A stretch of DNA of 60,463 bases, the filler included, from Sluysia triapertura (lineage: Eukaryota), in the NCBI GenBank assembly GCA_046118255.1. It is 4 parts of 4 records of this genome, joined end to end, with 100 filler letters (N's around TTAATTAATTAA, not from the genome) between each part and the next. Parts side by side here need not be neighbours in the genome. Positions count along the whole stretch, not along the records: positions 18,903 to 30,740 come from JBJNIA010164925.1; positions 30,841 to 49,343 come from JBJNIA010139725.1; 2 more parts are not named here. The stretch is one strand, 5' to 3'. The stretch's first letter is position 1. Each line of letters starts with the position of its first letter. The notes beneath the pieces were generated by a model, which saw only the letters and a list, made by a program, of their open reading frames with translations, was not told where the DNA came from and searched no databases. Positions 24,830 to 38,820 of the stretch are shown one piece after another. Both the position numbers and the translations under genes were made by a program.

Positions 24830-25400
24830 ATGACAGTTCCACTTGACAAATTTAGAGACTGTATGTCTCAAATGATTCAAAGCATTAAGGTAATAGTGAT
24901 ACTTCCCGAAATGCGTAGGTTTAATGGCACCGAAGAAGACCTTTGTGACTTCCTATTTGAATTTGATAGTATAGCCGAAACTAAAAGCTGGACAGAATTA
25001 GAAAAATTAATCGGTGTAAAGATACAAACTTATAAGGAAATATGTAATGCATGTAAACAAAATTGAAATATATTTGTTGATACTTTTACTGAGGAAATAG
25101 CGTTAGAAAATATAGGTTAATATTACGCAAAGATGCTTAATATAAGGAAACTGAAACCTAATGAAACAGTTTACGAATACACTTGCGTACTTAAAAGTTT
25201 AGCAGCAAGAGCTAAAGTTTCAGAAGATAAAAAGGAAGCAACATTAATAGATAAGTTTAAAAACGGACTATGTCCAGAATTATGAATTTATGTAAGTCTA
25301 ATTGATAACCTACCACTTAAGGATACAGTTAAGAAATTAAGAAGTATTGAGCGAACTGGTAATGAAGAAAGAAATGATGTAAATTATATAGATAATAATA
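24830..25400 (+). mobile_element. Ty3/Gypsy gag pseudogene (capsid region)
   Basis: Reading through in-frame stops gives RRFNGTEEDLCDFLFEFDSIAETKSW..EKL ... KPNETVYEYTCVLKSLAARA ... LIDKFKNGLCPEL, the typical retrotransposon gag pattern. Confidence 0.8.
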
Positions 25401-26149
25401 GTAAGAATATAGAAAATAATTCTAGTGAACCCCCTAAGCATAAGTATAAGAATTCTTTTGAGAATAATAGTTTTAATGATGGTAATAGTATCAACAGTAA
25501 TAATTATAATTTTCGAGGAAATAATAGAAGAAATACGAATATTTTTAGACCGAGAAATAATTATCAAAATGTAGGAAGAAAAGTTAGGAGTTTGGTGGTT
25601 CAGCCGATTAGTGCGATCAATATTACATCATTAACAACAATCATAGCCACGAAAACTTTACCACGAAAAAAATAATAATATATTACAACATGTTTCACTT
25701 ACACCATCCCATACTTTCACCATCACATTTCAGCTATAGTCATTACATTTAACAATAAAGTCATAATCATCTAATATAAATTAAATTTTAAGTCAATAAC
25801 ACGTCAAGCTTTACAATAAATGTAATCCTCATAGTCATCCTATCATCGTTATAGCTCCGCACCTTTTATTATATTTTATTATGCTTTATTATATTATGTC
25901 AAATTGTATATTGTATTTATGCAATATTTTTATGTTTTATTAATAAATTAAAGAAACAAAAGGAAAAAGACAAATTGTTTGAATTAAATAAAACTGGTCA
26001 AAAACTTCGAGCTTGAACTAAAAATAGAACTTTTCAAAACATCGAAATGCTTTAAAATGTTACGAAAACTTTGAAATGTTACCTATAGAAAATTATAAAA
26101 TGATACAGAGATGCTATTTCAAAATGAAGATTACGTTGAACATGATGGA

Positions 26150-27060
26150 CTCAATACTATCATCATTTAGTCACCGGATCTTCTACCAGGTGATTCCAAA
26201 TGCAAGAAGTTTGAAATACAATAGGATACAAGTCAAGGAGGAGATAAATTCATGCTGGCACACGACAATTTTAAGTGCAATAGATGCATAGCAGCCAAGG
26301 ATGATTTAAAGTTCTTAGTAATCATTAAACTGACATCACCTGCTGGGTTTGATGCAGATATAATGTTGAACCTACGGTTCAGAGCTCAGATTATTTACTA
26401 CTATATCACTATTCAAAAATTTATAATTAATTTAGATCTGTGGATCACGAAATATTGTTTATTTTTTGTTTTTATATATGATAGTTTGAAATGCGAAAGA
26501 TGGACGATAGTCACATATAAATTAAGTCATAATATTAATATTAAAGTGGCATGGCCAATCATGTTACGCGTAGATATTGTGTTGTTGTTCAGTGTTCAGA
26601 TTGACTACTGTGCGAATATTTTTTGCAGGTTCACACGAAGTGACCCGGCGTGGATTTTAGCACGTTGTAGTTTAACGCATAGTTTCACCTTTAATAAATC
26701 ATCTATACATGTGACAAAAGTAGTACACAACCACTTTTTTGTATTCATATTTTTTGTGTTATAAGTCTTTGCGTTTTTATTTAAAATTTTTAAATTTTAT
26801 TTTTTAAAAATTATTCGATTTTTAAATTGTATAATCCCCAATAATTTTAATGAGAAAGTTAGTTCTATCTTCGTGTTAACACGGAAAGAATTGAAATCTA
26901 TTATTTCAAATCACTGCTACGAACTAGTGCTGTGGTCCTGCTTTCTGTGCATGGATTTGCTACCGATACGGTTCAATGTTCAATTCACTGTTCAAACTTG
27001 TCTACACGTAGAATCAACAAAAGATTGTTGATGACATCCACTCTGAGAACTACACGTGGC
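26150..27060 (-). mobile_element. Nested opposite-strand Gypsy gag-pol relic
   Basis: Minus-strand fragments in order: PGHFV*TCK (zinc knuckle end), IILGCYASIALKIV (protease ILG), YFKLLAFGIT (RT LPFG motif). The plus-strand ORFs here are shadow frames. Confidence 0.5.
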
Positions 27061-27280
27061 AAGTATACATGGATTGTAATAGAAGTTGCCGTTAATAGAA
27101 TTATCATAATTACTAAAATAGTTGCCCAGTTTATTCCAATAGTGATATGTGAACAACATTATCTTATGTATTTAAATAATTAAAAATTGTTTTCCTTATT
27201 TTCACATAAACGACGAGAATTTTTATAATAATAATAAATTTTCTAAGTGCATTAGGCACCTGAGTAATGCTTTTATAAAT

Positions 27281-28300
27281 GTGGATGATGATCACGTTTC
27301 AATAATAAATTACAAAGAATTCGTAAAGTTAATGACAAAATATTATCATTCACGACAAGAAGATTTGAGAAGTCAACAGAATATTATTGGTTCAAGAGAG
27401 TACGGGCAACGCCCACTACCAACATGGCCAAACAATCAGTCGAATAATAATTTTGGAAGAAATAAGAGTCCTGCAAATCAAACTATAATAATGAAAGTAA
27501 TTATAAAACATAAACAAATATGGAGGGAAACATAGTTTGCCATAATTCCGGCAAGCATGGACACTACGCCCGAAATTGTAATAAGTTAAAATCAAACACT
27601 TTTAGGCAAGAGTTAAACAGAATTCCAAACTCCAGGCACGCTTCACCTAGAAGAGTAAAGTTTGACACGGATAAAAATGAATGCCAAATAAATAGTAATT
27701 ATGATGAAGATTATGAGGATTATGAGTATGAGACACCCAAGAAGATTAACAGAGAAAGCAGAATAGATGTTAAGGGAGTTTTGCAGAGCAAAGATGGATG
27801 GTATAGATGGTAAGGAAAAAAGAAAACAATCAAGAAATAAACATTAGGACGAAGAGGTTATGTTTATTAATTATCTACGTAATTACTTTATGCAGATCTT
27901 AAAAGAAAAAGAAAAGGAAGATAAAAGTGAAAAGGAAGCACAATTAGCAGAAGAGCGGCGAAAATCTAAAATAGTTAAAAGTGCTCAACAACTCGAAGAA
28001 GAAAGAAATATGATGACCAAATTATAAACAGATGGAAAAAGGATAATGGTATAATAGATGAAGAAGAGGAAGAAGATAATATTATCAATTGGAGAAGAAT
28101 ATGAGTGCTTATCTGATCCAGAAGAAGATGAAATAATCAGTTTATTCGATCAAAAGGTGCGTACTAATGACACACTTTCGGATTCTGTGCCAATAATTAT
28201 TTCGGTTAATGAAATTGAGACACCAATTAAACACTGTAATACACAAGAACCAACATTAAAGGAAGATATATACATTTCTCTCGGAGTTGACAGAAGGTAA
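27281..28300 (+). mobile_element. Retrotransposon gag C-terminal relic with CCHC zinc knuckle
   Basis: CHNSGKHGHYARNC is CX2CX4HX4C with one Cys lost. It is preceded by an N/Q-rich linker and followed by frameshifted acidic/lysine-rich segments. Confidence 0.75.
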
Positions 28301-28606
28301 AAATATCGATGAAAATTTAGATATAATTTCTAAACTGGATTTAGATATGTTTAATAAACAAAATATTAGGTGAAGTTTACTTTATTTAAATCAGGCAGAT
28401 AGCCCATATAGTTTTAAAGCGAGACAGTTATGAAGAAAAATAAGTTTAGCTGAAAGGACACAGCAACATGAAACTTTGATGAAAATTAATGTATTACTTG
28501 ATGAAGTAGTAAATGTTTTAAAGGAATTGCCGGTTACTAAACATATAATAGATTTAATTAAGTTAAATGACCAGACAATAGTAAATGTAAAATTACATTT
28601 CTTTAA

Positions 28607-28835
28607 CCCCTTCCCCGTTTATTTATTTTTCAAGTGTATGGTCGAAAACTGGCTATTTTTTTATTAACAAAAAAACAAAAGTAGTGTATAACGATATTTC
28701 CGACGTCGTTTTATAAATATTACGAAGATTACACTTATTTTTCATTTGATTGTTTTGGTACCGTATATATACGGCATTTTATGCTCTGGTCGGTTTTAGT
28801 TATGCCGTAAATATAAGGCATAAACCGGAAATGGC
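28607..28835. mobile_element. piggyBac-type MITE
   Basis: TTAA on both sides. Imperfect TIRs CCCCTTCCCCGTTTAT / ATAAACCGGAAATGGC. Internal palindromes CCGTATATATACGG and TATGCCGTAAATATAAGGCATA. Confidence 0.6.
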
Positions 28836-30679
28836 TTAAATTTATCTTAAATAATTTTGACAATTACATAATTTGTTACTAATAATTACCCAATACTTAA
28901 CTTTAAACTAGGTAAGTTAGTTTGCTTTTTATTTACAATCAGAAGAGATGATTTTAATAATTCCTTCACAAATTAACTAATAAAACATTATAATGAATTA
29001 ATACTTTTTTGACAATATTTCTTTAGCATCTTTAAGGGTTCATTTAGGATTAATTTTGCCAATGATATATACCATTAGATAGACTAATTTATAATTATTT
29101 TTATATTTTACAGGATTGAAACTTTTTGAAATAATTTAAAGACTTGGCGAAACTTTGAAAAATTTAAACTGGACAAGTGACACAAACAAACAACAATAAA
29201 TAGTATTTAATATAACTAAGTTCTGAGACGTAATTTCAATTTGAAGATAAATGTTAAGAATGTAACAATTACTATCTCCGCATATATTTTTTGACTTCAT
29301 ATTTTCTCACAATATCGTAATTTGATATATCTTGATAGACAAATGATCTCATAACGTACTGTTGATTACATCAACGTCAAATAACGTCTAAAAACATCAG
29401 ATAAAGTAGGGTTTTAATAAAATCACGTTGATATTGATAATTGTAATTTATATCAAGAAATTGGCTTCGATTAAATAAGTGTATAATATTTGCAGAGATA
29501 GCAATTTAGTTATTTTCATTTCTTGCTCAGTATTTATATTGCTTTTTGATAATTCATTTTAAAATTCATTATACAAACTTCATAACCTTATATTCACATT
29601 AACTAATACAAAATTAAATTGATACAACTAATGTAAAATGAAAGATAAGAAAAACTTTCCATAATGGTGACTTTCATAAACAAAAATATTATTATAAATA
29701 AATCGTTTTCTTTGCATCAATCACATAAATGAATAACATTGTTTTCCATTTACCAAATTACTATATGAATTCAAAATCTCGTATAATACCGAAAAGCCGT
29801 CTGTCAAAAACTTACTTTTAAAATTCTATTTTTAGATACTAATAATAAACACTAATAAAATGTTACAATCCCAACGCTTTTGAACTAATATATTAAATTT
29901 AATGATTTTCAAAATAATAAACTTTTAAAAATTAAATTCATAATATTTAATTAGTATGAATAAAGTTATTTTTTATACAACACAATTATCAAAACATTAA
30001 TATTAATTTATATTTCTCAGATTATTTAAACATTATTTTAGTGGCTAATTCGGCTATAAAGTATAAAATGAATACATAACGACAAATTAGCATCTGAAAG
30101 AATATTTTTAAAATATTTTCCTGACATTTTAATTTTTTTGGCAAAATAAAAACAAGAATTCGATAATGAATCGTTTATAGTATCAGTTGAATATCGCTTA
30201 AACATTTATATATTAAACAGTTAAAATCAATTTGTTATTAAATTAACATAGTTTTGTACGAATCGAATCACTCAAAAAGATTAAAATGTTGGTTTTTGCT
30301 TGTGATTTATTGTTAAGTTTTTTATTATAGTATGTAGGTTTTACCAGGAATTTATTTTTCTTGATAAATTGTAAAAAATCAACTCATATTCTTTTATTTC
30401 ATGCAGTTATATTTCTCATTTAAAAACCTCTGTTCTGTTCTTAGACGAGAACCTTTGATAATAAAATAAAAATAAAAATAGATCAGTTTTAATTATTAAC
30501 CCTAGACATATTTGTTTAAACTTTTTAATCCTTTACTTATTAATGTTAAAACTGAACTGTAACGTGGATTGTATAGTTTATTTATTGTAGTTTATTAGTC
30601 TTGCATCATTTAGTATATCACTACATTACTTTCTGAAATTTATGAAACTATTTGACGATGTTTTTCAGAAAAATCTATT

Positions 30680-30683
<4 letters not shown>

Positions 30684-30720
<37 letters not shown>

Positions 30721-30840
30721 CTTACCAGGCATATTGATTANNNNNNNNNNNNNNNNNNNNNNNNNNNNNNNNNNNNNNNNNNNNTTAATTAATTAANNNN
30801 NNNNNNNNNNNNNNNNNNNNNNNNNNNNNNNNNNNNNNNN

Positions 30841-30911
<71 letters not shown>
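30684..30911. repeat. (TA)n and (TAT)n microsatellites flanking a gap
   Basis: Read directly. Confidence 0.95.
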
Positions 30912-30912
<1 letters not shown>

Positions 30913-31704
30913 GAATACATACAAAAATAAGAAATTCCTAGTTTTAACCCACTAATTTTTCATATATCATTTTTGCGATGTTTTATTTAAAATTTTTGTA
31001 AAATATTATTTATGTAAACCTTGCATTACTTATTCAAAAAGGTAGAACAATTCAAGATTAGTTTTTCAATTTCCTAGAAGAAATCGTACATTCTTGAACT
31101 AAATTTCAATAATTCTTAATAATATTTAACTTGTATCAGTGTTAAACTTCAAGTTTACTTCTTAGTTAATATTTATTTAAATTAATATTCTTACATTTCT
31201 TTATTTATTTAATACTATATTGTGTTTGAAAAATACGATTAAATTAATCTTTGCTAAATTATAAAAATATATTATTTGCTTAATTTTCTTTATTAAAATC
31301 ACGTTGAAATCAAAATAAATAACTTTATACTGTTTTATGATTTATAATGTTTACTTTAATACTTAATCTTACACTGCAAATTTAATTAATATCTTTTTTA
31401 CATTTTAAATTAAATTATTTTAAAAAAAACTAATCTTATTATTTTTTAAAAAATAATTAAAGCGTTTTTTCATAGTAAATATATTTGAAAAGTTAATAAA
31501 ATTACTTATTTAAATAATGTAAAATAATACAATAAAGAATTAATACAAAAATTATGACGAAAAATGATTATATTGGATTTACTTAACAATTTTATTGCCA
31601 ACATTAATCTAAAACTACGGAAAAATTTAATTTTGTATAAAATAAACCCAAACATATCACATTTTTATTTTTGCGTGCTGTTTAATGTTTTTTCGTTTTC
31701 TTTT

Positions 31705-31926
31705 TCATTGAAATCTTTTCCGTAACTCTTGCCTTAATCGCATATACGCCGAATCCAAATCGTCCAAAGAACGTTCATTGTCCAGTTTTTTAAATCGTAA
31801 ATCATTACCCAAAAATTCGTGATCAAATGCCGATCGTTTACGTTTACCATCTGGCATTGATTGACATATTGTTGCCATGGTTATTAAAAAAATTACAAAT
31901 GCGACAAATTTCAAATGTGCCTTCAT
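31705..31926 (-). CDS. Neuropeptide / peptide-hormone precursor (73 aa)
   Basis: Classical signal peptide MKAHLKFVAFVIFLITMATICQS, then MPD-G-KRKR (amidation plus convertase site) and further KK, R and RKR sites. No stops, GC above the flanks, single coding exon. Confidence 0.8.
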   Translation of the reverse strand: MKAHLKFVAFVIFLITMATICQSMPDGKRKRSAFDHEFLGNDLRFKKLDNERSLDDLDSAYMRLRQELRKRFQ

Positions 31927-33206
31927 TAATAATAATAAAATTTATTTATCAAAATAAAGTTATGATTTTTTTAGCTAGAAAGTCTTTAATATAGATGCAA
32001 TATGCTTTGCTAATATCAAATTTTATTGGCTGGAAATTTTTGAAGCATTTCTCATTCATTAATTATCTAAACAACACCACACCGAAATACATTTGATATA
32101 TAAATAATTTCTTGCATGCATTTTCTTTAAAACTATTGTTATTATTTTTTTATTTAAATTTAATGTTTTAGTTTAATATTTGTTACACATATTCATCATA
32201 AACTTGTATATATTAAATTGTTATCCTAGTATATTATTTAAAACACCTTGATAGTTTTTTATTGCAATTTCGTACTTTTTTTTCTTAAGCGATAAACACA
32301 TTTTCAAATTTTCTATTTGATGTTATTATTCAATAATACAAGTTTTTCTTCGTTATATAATCACATGCTCAAAAATAAATTAATTAATATGTTTCAACAA
32401 CTTCTATTATGAATGCTTTAAATATTCAATACAAAAAAAATAAAAATTTATAAATGAAATATATTATTGTAGAAAATAATAAATTCAAAAAAACATATTA
32501 TTGTTTAACAAGTGTTTTCTCATTTTTAGAAACATTGTCACACCCAACTGAGCATGACGTTAATATCCGTTATCAGTCGTCTTCAATAATTTCCTTTTAA
32601 ACAGATGGCGTTGTTCTTTAGGTATTTCAACTATAAATTCACGGCAGTGTGTTATTATTTATACAAAACATGGAGCAATCTTTTGGTCTTAATGTTTTTT
32701 TAGTTTTTAGAGTAACTAATATTTTTTGAAATAAACTCAAACGGTAAAAGATATACAAAATCGTAAAATACTTAGCTGTTCAATGTTATATTTGCAATTT
32801 ATGTAATTTGTAATTTTTATCAGGTTAAACTTCTGTAAATGTCGTATTTAATCATTTTTTACTAGAGAAAGCAAAAAGAGAAGGCGGTTACCTTCATGCT
32901 TCATTGCAAACAATACGTAATGATGATGTATCAGAAAATGATTCATAGATTTATATTCCTAGTAATGAAGGTGAAAATATCAGTTTTGAACATCAATCTT
33001 TAATGAAAATAAATTCGATTATGAATAGGTTTATTAAGAAGTTGAGTTTCAATAATGAATGTAATTCCCCCCTAATTGAAATATAATTAGCTATGTTTAT
33101 TGATGATTCATTTATCTTCAAGATAAAATCTATCATATTTTAAATTGATTTAACAACAGAATTTTAGAATTATTTTGTAGAATTATTGTAGAAAGAATTA
33201 TGTATA

Positions 33207-33392
33207 ATGATAAATAAATTGGTTACGGATAATGTGCCTTGTCATGCCGCAATGAATGACATAAAAGAAAATGAATTAATTGGCCATCCATTGCCAAGAT
33301 TCAGATCATATAGCCCAATGTTTAATGCTATCAAACATTCTTGGTCAGGTTTAAAAGCGGACATTAAAAGAGATTTAGCCATTCGAATATAA
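33207..33392 (+). mobile_element. IS630/Tc1 (DD34E) transposase fragment
   Basis: VTDNVPCH...YSPMFNAIKHSWSGLK corresponds to DNAxxH...YSPxxNPIExxWxxLK. There are 34 residues between D and the E position, which is K here. Confidence 0.85.
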
Positions 33393-34379
33393 CAATTTAA
33401 GCCGGTGAACTCAATTGGAGTATTTTTAATGAGATTAGAAACCATTATAATTGAAAATATAAATATATTTCAAGTACAAAGATTCATACCTGATGGATTC
33501 ATATAATAGATGTTAGATTTTAAATAATAATTTTTTGTTCTTTATTTATTATACTGGGTTTTAATCTATTTCTGTACTATATATTTAATAAAAATAACAG
33601 CAATTTTATATTTAATATTTGGTGTTTATTTTCTAATTCGAATTATTTATTAGAAAACTGAAATTGTTACATGCCAATTTGAAGTTGTAAAAGTACAGTT
33701 TATAATTTTGCGATAGGTATAATGTTTAAATAAAAACAAATGTCAGAATGATAAAACATTAAAAGTTTTATAAATTCTAAATAAAGCTAAAAATGTACCT
33801 ACAAAAATATTAATCATCAGGATTTGTCGTATATTAAAATTTAATTATAGAGGGAAAATAATTTATAGAACGGACTTGAAGAATTTATTAGTTGCAGTAT
33901 AATGTGAGTGAAAAATATCATGTAAAAAATAGAGATCTATACAGTCAAGGATTCTAGAATCTGCAAATGTTTAATTAAATTTGCTGATGATATTTAACAT
34001 TAATCTTAAAGTAATAATTATCGAAGTTTCTGAACTGACCATGGATTGGTGAATACGGATTATTTAATTTAGTAAGTACTATAACTAAAATAAATTTAAT
34101 TCTATTAAATTTATTTAATTAAAAATCTTATTAATTAAGTTTTGTTCTGTTTTTCTCTACCAAACAAACCGTAGTGTGACAGACGTTTGATTTATTTTTA
34201 TGAATATAAATTTTTTCTTTTATTGATTAATTTTATTGTTATTATGAATAATCGATAACATATTGAGATTGTGTTAATTTAATAGTTGATAATTTTGAAT
34301 AAAGACGCAACACAACAAATGTTGATACCCGTATTAAACAAAATAAAATATTAAGATAGTGGTTCACTAACCATAATAA

Positions 34380-35110
34380 TAGTAATATTGCTTATAAGGC
34401 TCTATCAATTGCTAAAGATAAATCCTCAATCACAGTGTTTATCACAAAAGTGTCGAAGTGAAGTTTTATTCTCTTTTCTTTTTGTATTCTGTCAAGATGA
34501 TTTTTTGTTCTAATTTAAATGAAAATGCAATCGATTATATAGTTGAGTAATTGGTAAAGAGATTAAAAATTGAAAAATTGGAATAATTACTTCATATAAT
34601 TATCCATTCTTTGGAGTATGTCATAAGCCGACCAATTTCAATAATTAAACTTCGACAATAATTTGCGTCTGCTCCCAATTTATTGTCTCCCTCACTTATC
34701 CAAAAATAACGTTTACTATTCAAATAATACATTAAGTTAAAACAAACATAAAATTAATTAAATTCAAATTTCCTTTATATTAAAAGTTTTTTATACAACC
34801 GTATGTTAAAGGCCATCTCAATAAGATGTTTAAGTTGGTGTCCTTTTGAGCATCAATTTAATATATACTTTAATTATACTCAGACATTACATATATAAAT
34901 TTAACTTGAAATTATAAAAATTAATTAAAATAACTACCTTTTCGTTATCTGTGTCAACGTGTTTCCTAAAATCTCAATACTACTTTAATTATACTTTAAT
35001 TCGTATGTTATTTTTTATATACAGATATTTTTCATAAATTATTGGAACACACAATTTTTAATTAAATTAATTAATAAATGTACTTTTATATTTTCAAGAG
35101 TAAAACCTTA
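34380..35110 (+). repeat. Unclassified interspersed repeat family B, copy 3
   Basis: Motifs at 34941-34961 and 35060-35087 match the other copies. Confidence 0.65.
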
Positions 35111-38099
35111 ATGTTTGCCTTTTCGCTTCCTTCTTTCTAATTTAAACATTTTACAAATACATCCCACTAACATGCATAGCTCATCATGATATTTTACTTT
35201 ATTCTTATAATCAAATTACCTCATTTGTATTTTCCAGATATTTTATTTATAAAATTCCTAAACAATAGTTCGTATATTTCAGTATCCAAGGGAATTATCA
35301 TACAACTTTGATAAAACTCGATAATCGATCCGAGTTGAAATCAATCGTCTTCAAAGTTAATTTACATAATAAAATATCGTGTAATAATTTATTCCATAAA
35401 CTATACACTATGTGCTTGATGAAAAGATACACAAGAAACTAACAATGGAACTCTATAATTGGTACATTTTGATATTATAAATTACATTCTAATTTTTAAA
35501 ATTAATCCATCAAAAGTAGTTCATTTGATGGACTTAATAAATCACATGGAATCCCTTTATTATACATTATTATCCATTTGTTCACTTAACTTGAAATAGA
35601 TCTAATGTCTTTATACATTAATTTGTCACTGTGATCTTCGCGGTATCGACGAGGCCTGGGATTGATTAAATTAAAACTATTAAAACCGTACTTCCATTTC
35701 TTCAACCAGATACAAGTAGAACTAATTTCAATTTTAATGATTTTATAATTTAGAAACAAGCTAATTAATTGATAAAGTGTTTGTGGTACTAATACAACTA
35801 CTAAATCAAAGTTTAAAGTTAAATATATGTAGTAAAAATAAGAAATTACCTGAAATATGGTGCCAATAAATTTACTTATACAGCTATTGAAATGTACTTT
35901 AACATCCTTTACATTTTAAATACATTTCTATTTTCAGAAACATTAAAAAAAGTTTTTTTTACAATAATCTTTTTCAATTATGAAAGGCATGATGAAATAA
36001 TTGTTGATTTATAAATAATTGTTTCATGTTAGATATTTTTTCTACTTATTGTTTCCAAACATCACTATAATTATCATTAAATTATAATTATAATGTTTTT
36101 TCATTAATATTGTTTTGGTACATTGTATGTATTAACACAGAAAAACGAATAAAATTAACAATACTTTTACTGAACAAAGAATTAACTTGTCAACATATGA
36201 TTGGTCATTTAAAAAATCAGGTTGGTATTTATCTCGAACAAACTGGTTTGAAATTAAAAATGTATAAACAAATGCATCTTTCTATCTTTAAATTTATTAT
36301 TTGAATTTTATAAAGAAAACCAACTAAACATTTTCAAAGTATTTTGAGCATTCAATGAGGGTAAATTTGCAACTAAAGCAACCAATGTCTTGCATGTATA
36401 AAAATGTCAGTTGGAATATGTCAGTTCGACATATTAAAGAAAAATGATTTGTTATAATATTTTATATTTACATTTATATTCAAATCTAATAAGACTGTAA
36501 AATTGTAACAAAATTTAATAAACCTTTAAACACTAATTATTAATGGTAAATTAATATAATATACTTCATCTAATTAATAAATACACACAATATCTTAAGG
36601 TATTAAATGGATTAAAAGTGCTAATTAAAAAATTATGCAAATTACCATAAGTAAAAACAAATTGTTCAATGATAACTCACAAAATATTCCATATTAAATA
36701 ATATGTTTAATAATTATAAAAATTCATTCAACTTTATTACTTTCTGTTTCGTTTCATAATTTTCAATTTCAGTAAGTCATATAGGTTATTTAAAAATTTC
36801 ATGTAATACAAGATTATAAGTTATCGAGATAGAATAAAATAATAGATGTAATGAAAATATTCAGTTTAATGTTGGAAAATGAAAATATGAATATTTCTTT
36901 AAATATTTGAGTTTTATTGTTTCAATGCCTTTAAATTAGCTTTTTCCTATTTATATACCTGTTTATTTAATAATTGTTCGTTACACTGGGTTTTTATGTG
37001 AAAGATAATTTTATCCTAATAAAATCTAGGTTGCAATGACGAGTTCGCCTGTAGTAAAAGACTTATGGGTATTTTCCTATAGGATTTTAATTAGCTTTCT
37101 TAAATAATCAAATAATGTTAATCCTTGTATTCATTATTCTTATAAATAACTCAACTAAAATAATATGTAAACGTTTATTAAAGTAAAATAAAATAAGCAT
37201 GCAAAATGAGTTTAAAAATAAATATTAAATATTTACTTGCATGTATAGTTTAAATAGGATTTTAACGTATCAGATTAATTTAAATAAAAATTATACATAT
37301 TTTAAGCTCGCTGTAAAACATTTAATATATTTGTCTGCAATGAAATTAAATTGTATCTGATTTTATATTGAATTGCAATGGATTTTGATATATTATAAAT
37401 GATACACCTGTACATTCGAGTATAATGAAGGTAAAAAAATTGGAATCTTTTAATAAAAATAATATTTTAAATTGTTAATTTAAAGGTGTTTTGCTGAAAA
37501 AAATGATATTGTCATTACATGCTTTAATTTATTTAACTTATTATTATTTTTTTATATGTTTATTATTATTATATTTATTATTATTACTATTATTATTAAT
37601 ATTATATTTATTATTATTATATTTATATTTATTATTATTATTATTTTGTCTTAGCTAGCAATTACTACTTTTTTACTCTTTTATTCTATGTTACTCGTTG
37701 CTCTATTTGCCTTCATATGTTTCATTTCGGTTTACTCTACTTCTATTTGACACCTCTCCTACAGCTTTTCTTAATTCGTTGTACAAGACCACTATTAAAA
37801 ATGCAAAATATATTATGAGAAACAATTTGGGAAATCATAGATATTGTAAATATTATTTATGAACAATTATGTTATATGGTGTTGAAATAACAATTTTATT
37901 TTATTAAATATTATGCATATTATAATTGTAAGTATTTGTAAAAAAATAATAATAATTAAATAAATCTGAATCGTTAACTTAGAAAACGTTAATTATAAAA
38001 TTTATAATTACAAAATATCTATTTTAATTGATAATTCAATGTTTATATTTTTCGAAAACTAATAATGAGATTTTTAATTCAATTAAAAACGATTCTGGT

Positions 38100-38820
38100 T
38101 TGATATAAAATAAACAAAAAGAAAAGTGCACAAAAACGGCATCTTCACGTTTATGTGACTACCAGAGTTAAGAGAAACTAAAAGAAATTAATTGGAAGAA
38201 AAAACGTTAATTTATTCTTTGGAAAAATTATTTGTGGAATCTTTCATCATCGCAAATTCGATTAAAGCTTTGTCACAAGTGGTGCTTATCGAAAGGGTCG
38301 TCGTCGTGGTGTTTAACGAAATAGTATTCTCAAAGGGATATTGATTGTAAATCCTGCTGCAGAATTTGTATACTCATTAATCTAAGTAAGCTAATTTTTA
38401 TAAGAAGCACTGATAAACTCTGCATTAAAAGCATTACTTAAAATCTACTAAATCTACACCCAAGAATTAATCCTGGGTCAAACTCAGGACTAAAATTTTT
38501 AAATTGGATATTTATTTATTGTATTTATTATTTAATATTTCGATTTTATTTGTGTTAAACACTTTTATAAAACTTTGTTCACTAATATTATTTGAGGTTC
38601 CGATTTGTATTTGTTCAGTAATAGAATTTTGTCTCATAAAGTATTTTGTTTTCTAGAAAGGGATAAAGTATTGTTTGTAGTAAATAATAGAATTTTGTCG
38701 AATAAAGTATTTTGTTTTCTAATAGTAAGCGAACTAAAATTAGTTAATAAAATCAAGTAAAGGTATTTTTCGAAAGTCGAATCAAATTATTTAAGAAGCT
38801 CAAATAAAGTATTAAAGCAT
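38100..38820 (+). mobile_element. Probable LTR end, PBS-like TGG (near 38280) and repetitive 5' UTR
   Basis: TATAAAA, CCAGAGTTA (shared with 23454), ...TCACAAG-TGGTGCTTATCGAAAGGG, then a ~66-bp tandem duplication (TAATAGAATTTTGTC..ATAAAGTATTTTGTTTTCTA at about 38619 and 38685). Confidence 0.35.

Noticed and set aside
26076-27183. Plus-strand ORFs of 71, 170 and 83 aa
   Set aside because: Antisense shadows of a minus-strand Gypsy relic.
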